This document shows positions 41,231 to 52,100 of a stretch of DNA of 64,000 nucleotides, in pieces. The DNA lies in the NCBI RefSeq assembly GCF_018977255.1, contig NW_024704753.1, forward strand, positions 372,001 to 436,000, read 5' to 3'. Position 1 is the first letter of the stretch. Each line of letters opens with the position of its first letter. The translations under genes and the position numbers were made by a program. This DNA is from Callorhinchus milii. Taxonomy: Eukaryota. Below the pieces are notes generated by a model. It had not been told where the DNA came from, made no database searches, and worked only from the letters and a program-made list of their open reading frames with translations.

Positions 41231-42234
41231 GCTCCTTGATCAATTTTGCTACATTAAAACACAAATTTGTGTCATTCTGGATATTTAGCAAAATGTTTTC
41301 ATTTAACAGTAAAGAACAGCACAGGCAGCATTGGTGAAATAGAGGAGGTAACATAATAGTAATAATAACAATCGTTGCATTTGATATAGCACCGTATCAA
41401 GTTGAAATGTTTTCTGTAAAAAGTTGTGAATGTGTATTTGTAGGCAAGTGTGGTAGTCAATTTGTGCACAGCAATGTACCTCGATTTAATGTCTCACCCA
41501 AAGAAGAGCACCTTCACGAATGCAGCAATTTCCCTGTACTACATTTGAGAGTTAACCGAGCATAGATCAATAAGTAAGGGGAGCTCTATGTTATCTATGG
41601 GTGTCAGGTAACTCAATTCAAGAAGGTATGCAATCCCTACTTAATATAATATAGTTACAATGTACAGTTAAAGCATTCTGTACTGATTCCTGTTATAAAG
41701 AAAACTACTTTTACCGATTGATAACACACAGAGCAGGAAATGCCTAATAACCAAATCGACACAAGGTCTGGGTTTAGAACAATTTATTCAAAAAAAATAA
41801 GTGTTCCTGATCAAAACCTTTTCTTCCTTGTACAGAGTATTTCACGGAATTGCTGTAGAAAGAGTTTGATAATTGCGCGGTTGCCCAAGTGTACTACAGT
41901 ACTTTTATATTTTGTCTTTTTAAAAAAAATGATATTCTTGAATTACGCGGTGCAACAGCACCTTTTGGTGTCAGAGCTACAGTACTACAATACAAGGACA
42001 CAAACACCCACTTCTATATAAGTTTCATAAAATCTAATCGGATCCTTCAGAATAAAACACTTGGCGGTCGGTCGGTCGGTAAGTAAGTAAGTAAGTGACG
42101 ACAATATGCCACAAAATGTCTTCTCAAATAGGATTTTCTTCTATCCTCCATGATAGCAAAGCAGCCCCCACAAAGCATTACAGGATCCTCGCGCTCATTT
42201 TCAAATCCCTTCATGCCCTCACAGCTCCCCACCT

Positions 42235-42420
42235 ATAATAATAATAATAATAATCCTTGCATTTGATAGAGCGCTTTTCACGTCGGGAGGACGTCCCAAA
42301 GCGCTTCACAGAACACACTGTAAAGTGAATTGACTGCATATTTGTGGGCGAACGCGGCAGCCAATTGCGCACAGCAATGTCCCACAAACAGTCGTAGATT
42401 GAAAATGACCAATTTATTAT
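42235..42420 (-). mobile_element. SINE 3' half with (ATT)n tail
   Basis: Near-identical to 17612-17800. Confidence 0.8.
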
Positions 42421-42499
42421 CTATCTGATCAATGTATTGATTTAGTTAAATCATCAATCAATCAATCCATCAATGTATTGATAAACGGCGTAAATCAAG

Positions 42500-43348
42500 A
42501 GAGAGTCAATCAAGAACATTTATTTCGCTGCCCACCATAGAGACTGACACTCCAGCGCAGCGCTTTGTTGGGGGTGGGGGGAAGCCATCCTTGGAACACT
42601 TGTCCCGTGTCCCCCCCGTCCCCGTCCCCCAGCACCAGCCAACGGGGGGTGGGGCGGCTCTCCCACTGTCCTTGGCCGCAGACACCCCCCACCCCACCCC
42701 CGGGTACAGTCCTCACTCACTCCATGGCCGCTGTGCGCCTACACGGTCACTGCACTCCACAGTACAGTACACACCGCGAGGGAGACATGTTGACGAGGCG
42801 CGGTATCGAATGTAAAGGTATCGTGCACCGGGGGGGGGGGGGGGCTGTGCACCGGGGTCGGGGCTGTGCACCGGGGTCGGGGCTGTGCACCGGGGTCGGG
42901 GCTGTGCACCGGGGGGGGGGGGGCTGTGCACCGGGGGGGGGGGGGGGCTGTGCACCGGGGGGGGGGGGGGGCTGTGCACCGGGGGGGGGGGGGGCTGTGC
43001 ACCGGGGGGGGGGGGGGGGGGCTGTGCACCGGGGGGCTGTGCACCGGGGGGCTGTGCACCGGGGGGGGGGGGCTGTGCACCGGGGGCTGTGCACCGGGGG
43101 GGGGGGGCTGTGCACCGGGGGGGGGGGGGGCTGTGCACCGGGGGGGGGGGGGGGGCTGTGCACCGGGGGGCTGTGCACCGGGGGGGCTGTGCACCGGGGG
43201 GGCTGTGCACCGGGGGGGGGGGGGGCTGTGCACCGGGGGGGGGGGGGGGCTGTGCACCGGGGGGGGGGGGGGGCTGTGCACCGGGGGGGGGGGGGGGGCT
43301 GTGCACCGGGGGGGGGGGGGCTGTGCACCGGGGGGGGGGGGGGCTGTG

Positions 43349-43427
<79 letters not shown>

Positions 43428-44450
43428 CTGTGCACCGGGGGGGTGCCGGGGCTGTGCACCGGGGGGGAGGGGGTGCCGGGGCTGTGTACCGGGCAGCTCT
43501 TACCCGGGTGACGGCGGCTGTTGATGGCTGTTTGAAAAGCGCGGGTCCCGCACCACGTGACGCGCCCAACTGCCGGTGCGCGAGCTCCCTCCGCGGACGG
43601 CTCCACTCAGCGGCTCGCGAGGAGGGGGGAGGAGGGAGAGTCCGCGGGGCTCAAATAGACATATACTTTCTGGCGTATAACGTTTACTGAGAGAGGAGTG
43701 CGGTGTGTGTATTGTTCACATCCTGGTCGGTGTTTTATGTCGATGGCTTGAAGCCCACAGGCCTGGACTGGGCTTGTGTTTAAAAAAATTCACCCCCCAC
43801 GGATGGTTGGGTCGGTGTTGCCAGTGCGTGGGGTCTCCGGCGAGAGGTGTGCGGGCGCCGGACCGTCAGGTGGGCCCCGGAGAGGCCGCGCGCTCGGGGT
43901 AAGGGGGGCTGCGGGGGGTTTCCTGGTGGGGAGGGGGTGTGGTGCGTGGAGAGGGGGTTCACACTTGAGCGGAACGCCGACGTTCCCCTGAAGGTCCGGA
44001 GGCCGCGCGGGTTGAAGTCGGCCTTCCCGCCGTGTGGCGCCCGCCCGCCCCGCGGCCTTGTTATCTCAAAGAGGTGCCCGAGCGGTGTGGGGGGGCGGGG
44101 ATGTGGGGGGTTAGCTGGGTGGGGTGTGTGGGGGCTGGGAGGGTGGGGGGGTGGCGGGGGTTGAAGAGCCGCCGGTGTAACGGCCCCAGTGGGTCACACT
44201 GCGGGTGGGAGCCCCGCGCCGGGAGGTTGAGCCTCAGCGTTGGATGCAGCGCCTTATCACGTCCTCTCGAGGCGTCTCCACCATCTGCTTTACTGTGGTT
44301 CTCACTGCAAAGTGTTTCTTCATTGTGTCTCTTGTGGGTGAAGGAATACGGCAGTCAGTTGCGGGTGAGCGACCGGTTTTATTTGCGGGCGCTCATTGTT
44401 GGCCTGGACACCGCGAGAAACTCCCGGTCTCCTCCAACAGTGCCACGGGA
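42500..44450. promoter_or_regulatory. CpG island / bidirectional CENPP-NOL8 promoter
   Basis: Sharp GC/CpG rise between divergent genes; E-box CACGTG at 43554-43559; TTTGAA (CHR-like) at 43531-43536 next to GCGCGGG; minus-strand donor GTGAGT at 42720. Confidence 0.75.
42822..43492. repeat. G-rich minisatellite (CTGTGCACC + variable G-run), ~28 units
   Basis: Direct reading: constant CTGTGCACC core (palindromic GTGCAC) separated by G runs of about 5 to more than 70 nt. Confidence 0.95.
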
Positions 44451-46141
44451 TATTGAACGTCCACCTGAACGGACCAGACCTCGGGTTAACATCTCACATG
44501 AAAGATGGCACCTCTCGCATTACAATGGACAATGTCCTTCCAGCGCCTTGGGATGGCCTCATGATGTGAAAGGCCTTACACAAATGCACGTTGTTGCAAT
44601 TTACCCCAACGCTGCATTAAGGTGTGAGTTTGGACTGTGATGGCAACAACAAGAAGATTTCATTGACAGAGCGCCTTTCACGTGGGGAGGACGTCCCAAG
44701 GCGCTGGACAGTTGGGTCGGTCGGGCAAGACTTGACGCCTGTCTTGAACCCACGCTAGGCTGGCACTGGTGTTCCTCTGTGGTACTCTTTTGACCTCCCA
44801 CAAACACATTGGAGTAAGTGATCAATTTTATCAGGGGTACCGGGAAGAATCCTTTTCCTTTTTGAGTAATCCTTTCCCTTTTCTGCCCGAACAGGCTGGC
44901 GGGACCTTGGTTTAACGTCTCATCGAAGGATGGCACTTCCAACAATGTTGCACACTGCCTTGGAGTGCCAATTTAAATTGTGAATTAAAGTATTGATGTG
45001 GGGATTTGATATATCAACATAAACGGTGACTACATTTGACATTAATTACTGTTAAGTTCTTTGATCTGTTTTGCCATGATGATATGCTATAAGAATGTAA
45101 GCTCTTTAGTTTGTTAGTTTTTTTGTGTTGTGAAAATTATTGCGCGCAGCTCAACTTTGATCTGTTTCATTGTAAGGTTTCAATTAACTTACACTATTGG
45201 ACCACTGGATGGCAGTATGAAATAAATTGGTATAAATTATTCAGAAAGTTTAATATTGGGCTTTTATTTCATGTAGTTTGGGATAAGTTATTAACTAACA
45301 AATTAAATGCTTTTCCCTTCCAAAAAAATCCTTTCTGCAATAATTCTTTGAATAATAAATTGCAAGATTTTCCATGCCTGTGTCAATGTTGCTTTGAACA
45401 GGCTACTACTGTAAGAATGCTGCTGCTGGTCTCACCAATTGCTTTTCCATTTACACTTAGTATCAGTCCCAAATTGGTAGCTGAGATCAGAAGAGTTTTA
45501 GGAGGAAAGTCAACAGTGGGTCAGGGTAACACCACCACCCCACCCCCCCCCATTAAGTAAAATCATAGCAGCAGTGTGGATTGCTGAAATGATTTTCTAA
45601 AAAAAACCATAGCTTGATGCTTGATTCATTCTCAAATAAACTCTGTCCTTTGCCATGTAGAGGGACCTAACCTTTTGTGAAACCTTACAAAGATTTAGTT
45701 AGCAACTGGCAAGATTAGGAATTACAAGAGGAAATGTCTACATAAGCACGGTGGTAGTACACACAGATCACTTTTGCAGTGATCTGATGGTTTAATTTTT
45801 TTCTGCATTTCTCTAGGAAATCCACTTTACTGTTATTTCTTTCTCTTTGTTCAGTTCTTCACTTTTTTTCTAAATTAAATAATGTATATTTTCTACTTCC
45901 ATGTGTTAAAACGAAAAACAAGAAAAAGAATAAAAACTAAAGGAAGTACTTCTTTGATATACTTTGTCGTTATATTTAATTAACATGTTTTCCTTAATAG
46001 ATACTGTTTTCAAATATTGTAATTAAAATTGCAGGAATGGAATGTGCTGTTAAGGTTTATTACTTTTACTGTAATTAAATCTTCTGTTTCTATATCTCTT
46101 TAACAGAGCTTTTTTGTTATTTCTGAGAAACAAATCATAAA

Positions 46142-49100
46142 ATGGAGACAGACAAAAGTTTAAAGCGTGTATTTGTTGGAGGATTGCATCACACAGTCGC
46201 TGAAAGTGAAATCAAAGAAAGGTTTAGCAAGTTTGGAGATGTAATGAATGTGGAAATTATAATCAGGAAGGATGACAAAGGTAATGTTGATGTTTGCCCA
46301 TCATTACTGCACCATCACTAAGAGTGTAATTCAGATTAATGTTGTCTGTGAAGGAAAGTTCATTGCAATTTAACTATTAATAAGATATACTGGTCTTCCT
46401 CCCCTCCCTACTTTAAGGCCCTGTTTTATTGGTGATAGTCTTTGTGATCTGCGGGTTATAAATTGGGCTAGGATATTTGACTCCATTGGACCAGCCCTCT
46501 TTAAAGAATCCAAGCCCAGCCCATAGGAACCCTTGAGATACTACAAGTAATTGAGGAACCACTTATCCAAATAAGAAAAAATCCCTGGTTTGAGTAAATT
46601 CTAAGTTCACAGTAAAAGTAATAAAACAAAGTTTCACTCTAGCATTTCCTCTTTGAGTTGCCCAAATGGAGTATTATTTGAGACTGGAATACAAACATGT
46701 TTGTGTGACCATGTTCTGATTACCATGCTCTCTGATGTACAGCAACTTGCATTTATATAGCGCCTTTCACATCGAGTAGTGTCTTAGAGCATTGAATATT
46801 CAAGCTGTTGTAGTAACTGATTTCTAGTTTCTTATCGTCAGGAATGACTTAAGGTTTTACAAATTAATGTACATCTTGAAATTAACTCTTTGTAATTTTC
46901 AAATTATCTTTCCAGGAAATCCTGTGAAGACTTTCGGATATATTAATATGAGTTCTTCTGAAAAAGAGTTAAAAAATGTAGGTACAGTAAACCCCTCTAG
47001 ACTACTGGACTTCAGGTATCCGGAATTCAACCCGAGCCAGACCGGGTCCCAAAACCAAAAACAAAAGCCAACACCTCGCTCAGCAGCCCCCATGATCTCA
47101 CAGCTTCCCGCCTCAATGGCCTTGCTCTGGCATCCAGTGTCTGGGGATGAGTGACTTTTATTTAAGCAGTGGTAGAAATGCATTTACAGTGCCGGAAAAT
47201 GTATTATCAGCATTTACAGCACCCCATGTGCATTTTTTGCAATTTCCTGCAATGTAATTGCACTTAGCGGGAAATTCTGAATTGGATCTTACCCCCACCC
47301 ACACACATGCTTCCCGCCCCCACCATTGGCTGGCTGGGGTTTATCTGTATATATCTCCAGTTTTTAAAATCTACACATTTTGCTTTGCTATTGTGATCCA
47401 GAATTTCTTCCACATTTTTGTCTTAGTTGTCTTTCCACAGAGGGTGCATGATTATACAAAAATACATTTCAGTTAAAAATAAGGTAAATATAAAAGCATC
47501 TGCAGGCAAAGATTACTCCTGCTTGCCTCAAGGCTGCGGATCTAAACTGTTATTTCTGCTAGCACTTCTTCATGGGGTTTGTTAACTTGTGGACTACTCA
47601 GTGTTGGAGAATTCAGTATCACAAATGAAAACAATTTAGCTGCAGGATGTACCATGTGTGATTTTCAATTAAATTATTCAACAACTGAATCAACTGAGAT
47701 ATCCATGCATATCTTCTGCAGTTTTATTTGTTTTTGTTTTTAGGCATTTCACTTCTGAATAAATCAAATTGGAAAGGTGGGACACTACAGATCGAACTGG
47801 CCAAAGAAAGCTTTTTACATAAGTAAGTGGGCAGCACTTTTCACATTGGGAGGGCATCCCAAAGCGTTTGACAGGGTTTACTGTGGAGTGACTGTATTGG
47901 GACATCCTCGTGATGTGAAAGGCACTTTATAAATGTAATTTTTTCTTCTTGTATTTGTGGGCAAAGGCTGCAGCCCAAGTGCATACAGCAATGTCCCAAC
48001 TAATAGCCATGAAACAACTAACCAATTTTATTTTGGAGATTGTTAGCCAGGACACTGGGATTTCAGCATTTCATAATTTTCCATGAAAATTTTCCATCGA
48101 TTTTGTTCTGGATATCAGTTTGATATTTAGGGAGAAAGACTGATTTCAAATATAATTTATTATAGATGCTAAAGAATTTGTAAGTATGCTTTTTATCTCA
48201 GTTTTCTATATGATGCCAGTAATTTCCATCCCATGCGTTGTCTATTGCTTGGCATTGAGAAAATGTTTTATGAAATTCCATAGCTTAATATTCCATAGGC
48301 ATCGTTGCAGTAAAATTTAAATAAATCCAATTTTTATTTCAATTTTGAAAAAAGATTTTTGACCTGGGGTACTTAAAAAAAATGTTTGGTTATTCTAGAG
48401 AGCAAGGCCAGAAATGCTGCTTATTCTTTGCCAGTTGGACCATTTGTCTTGCAGCTAATTTAAATTTGTGGAAAATGCTGATACTGGTCAGTTTTAAGAA
48501 AACCAATGAATTAATTTTAATTTTTTTCCACAATCTTGCATATATAGCAAAATAGCTGTAAGGCTAAAGCTATTTGGAATTTCAAGGCCTAAGACCCTTG
48601 GTATGCTCAAAATAAATTACAACCTTTTCACTTTACTTTTCATTTGATGACAAAAACTCAAGAGGCGTGTATTTTACAGGTAAACTCTTAATTTTCATGT
48701 AGGCTTGTTCAGGAGAGACAGGATGCAGCTAAAAATAAAAACAAACCACAAGTGGACAGCAAAGCACAAGTGGTAGAGTCTCTGAAGAAGGCTGGTGTTG
48801 AGAACTTTCACCTTAAATCAGCAGTGCCAGGAACGGAAATATCTGGACACAAGGTGAGCGGTAGTTGCATAAGCGTATTATCAATACTAATTGTTTTACC
48901 AGGAGTTCCGCATTGAAATAATTGGCTTTGGTTAATCTGCTATTTACAAATGTAAGTGGAGTGATCATTGCAGGTTTGTGCCTCTAGTGAGATTCTCACT
49001 CTCTGGCTATAATCCTGGAGAGGAGCAATGGAGCAGCTGTGAGGGAAAAATGGAGGTGAAGTTCATGTCAATCACTTGCATATAGTCCAGTAATAACAGA

Positions 49101-52100
49101 GGCTAAGGAGCAGGTCACCTGGCCATTTCTTCAGCCGGAAAGTGGTGCAATAGTGAGAGATTGAAATGAACAGTGCTGAACCAACCCCCACAGATAAGGC
49201 ACTAGAACTGAACTGATAGCCTAGAGGTTTTGACATCTTGTGATTTCACTCACCCATGAGACTACTCTCTTCTATTTACCACGTCCACTAACATACTTTG
49301 TATTAACTAACCCACTAACTGGTTCTACCTCTGTGATGTAAGTATTATCCAAAAAAACTGACTGGATTGTCTTGGTAATTTTAAATCTGCTCGAGCCCCA
49401 ACACCTGACTGTTCAACGCTTTGGAACGTCCTCCTGACGTGAAAGGCGCTCTATAAATGTCATTTTGTTGTTGTTAAATCATTTTCATGTACCAGTTGAA
49501 GCATTTGAAGTGATTAATGGTGACTAATTTTTATTTTGTTTCATCAGAACTGGGTTGTGAGTAAATTTGGGAGAGTATTGCCCATTCTTCATCTCAGACC
49601 AAATGGCCAGAACAGAATATCCTTTTATCAGAGTAAGTTGCAATAATTGTGTATATAGAAAACATGCTTAGAAACCCGTTGTCCGAAAGGGAAGTACAGT
49701 ACTTTTAAAATGATCAAAACATTCCTTAATTCAGTTTACCTTATAAAATGTGATCCTTCCAAATATTGTCATAACATCAAGAAACTAGATAATTCATCGG
49801 AGTTAGAAACTCAAACTCCAATTACTGAACTTACCTGGAAAATGGAAGAGCGAGATGATGAAAGCAGTAAGAAAAGGCGAGGGGATTTCACTGCTTCTAA
49901 ACGCACTTTCAAAAGCAGGATATCAGTCAATGATTGCAATAAGGGCCATTCCAGCGCCTCTTGCTTTGAGAGCAATGTATCCCCAAAGAAAATGTCTTCA
50001 GCTGCGGTAAAATATAATGCTCAAAGAGAATCTGCTAAAGGTCAGTTGGAGGTTCTGAAGGGAAAGGAATTAATCGCCTTGAAATCTGACTCCGTAAACA
50101 GAAACGTTAGCACCAGTACTAATAAAAGGAATGTCTGGTCCAAAGCACGAATGGCACATAATGATTCTGAGTCTGAGGAAGAATTAAAGTTGTTGATTGA
50201 AACTGAGAAAAATAAAATGAAAGAACTTGGCCAGATGACAGCAGCCACACAGGATGTGTATCACTTAGAGGTAGTTGGTGAGGACTACATTCCAAAATAC
50301 AATTCTCATTGGTCATTAAATGTTTCAAAGAAGGCAGGCTCCAAAGCCAGTGGGACTGATCAAAGAGCAGGCACAGATGATGGTGAGTATGATTCAGCAG
50401 ACACTGATGAAATAATAGCTGCTAAAAGGACGCCAGCCAAAATAATACCCAAGATGCAATCTACTGGAGAAGAAAAGTCTATGACAAAAAGTAATCTTCA
50501 GAAAGAGGCGTGTGAGTTAATTAGCGACAGCGTGAAGAGTCTGAAGAAGTTGATTCAGAATCCAGTTTGGAATCTGATTATGAAGAAATGATGAACAACT
50601 GTTATAGAATTGACCTATCGCTTGCTGACCTTGAGCAGCTCGTGAATAATTCCTCCAAATCTGAAACAGAAGGCAGTGAAGATAGTTCACTGGAGCCATC
50701 CACTTCAGGTATTGAGATTCCCCACAGTCTGCAAGCCGTGACAATGAATACTGCGTCACATTCTGCTAAGTCAGCTATTCAAAGTGAAGAGAGCAGTGAG
50801 GATGAAATCACAGAAAACAAACGGCTGAATGTTGTGCAGTTGCCTCTTTTAGAGGTACAAAGTGCCTCTCAGTGGTCCAGGAAAAACGTCCTAATAAAGC
50901 AGAGCAAACCACTGATCATTTTGTACTGAAAGAAAAGAGGAAAATCTCCCAAAAGTCTTGCGATGATTCTACAAGTGCACCTGTTCTCAAAAAGAAGAAA
51001 GTTAATAAGATAAATACTGTGTCTGACTCTGACAGCGACATGGATTGCAGTTACAAACCACCACCGTTTAGAGGAACTAAATCTCTTCAGATCACACTCA
51101 CTGCTGACCCTCCCAATCAGGTGCTTAACCCTACTGAAAGTGAAGGAAAGTCATGCACCTCCAATTTACTGAACCATAATGGAAGAAGTGATTCCAAAGA
51201 AGTTGAGAGTGGAAAGGAAACAATAGTTCCTGTAAATTCAAGAGATTCTCAGAGACTCAAAGCCACACCTGCCCAAGCTATAAACAAAATTGTTACGGCC
51301 AATTCTTTAAAGAGTGAGAATGGCACAGTTTCTCACAGCACTGAGACTGCGGCTGGTTGTGTCGTCTCAAGAATGTCTGGAAACTTGGATAAACATTCAC
51401 TGGACAATCAAAAAAGACTGGCTGCTTTGCAACAGAGGAAAGAAGAGAACAAGATGCAAAAGTCTCTCATTCAGGGAGCCCTTTCCAATGTGGTATGTTG
51501 GGGTTTGGGGGGAAAAATATTAAATTCAAAGATAATCAGCCCCTTCCAAATGTAATATTCATTCACCTGCTTCTTGAGTAGTCAGGCAAGCATATATATG
51601 TACACAAGATTGGTTTGGATGGAATTGGCCCTGTGGGCTATTTGAGAAGGTAGTTTCTACCATCAAATTAATTCTATTAGTGTTTATTTACTCATTCCCC
51701 GGGGAAAAAATCCAGTTGTGCTTGAGGTATAAAAGATTGTTTGAAACCTTCCAAGAATATATGGTTTGCTTATCAGATGGATCAGCAAGCACTTTTGTAG
51801 GCAACCAGTGCTGAGTAATCTCTTGGATCCATTCTGTCTGTTGCTGTCTTTTCTGACAGTTAATAATAATCCCTACAAAACAATAATAAATTGGTCATTT
51901 TCAATCCACGGCTGTTTGTGGGACACTGTTGTACGCAATTGGCTGCCGCGTTTCTCCCACAAATATACGGTCAATTCACTGTCCAGTATATTCTGTGAAG
52001 CGCTTTGAGACGTCGAGAAGACGTGAAAAGCACTATTATCAAATGCAACGATTGTTATTATTAATCCCCAAAATAATGGATTTTAATGTTCCCAGCTGGA

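Noticed and set aside
42822-43492. CRISPR-like repeat-spacer appearance
   Set aside because: The spacers are G homopolymers, the core is only 9 nt, the context is eukaryotic and there are no cas genes.
42565-43690. Long Gly/Pro-rich ORFs (190-320 aa) in all six frames
   Set aside because: They arise from the stop-free G-rich minisatellite; no splice or homology support.
49710-51555. Three separate genes or programmed frameshifting in overlapping ORFs
   Set aside because: All three carry consecutive NOL8 motifs of one exon, and there is no convincing slippery site; best explained by indel errors.
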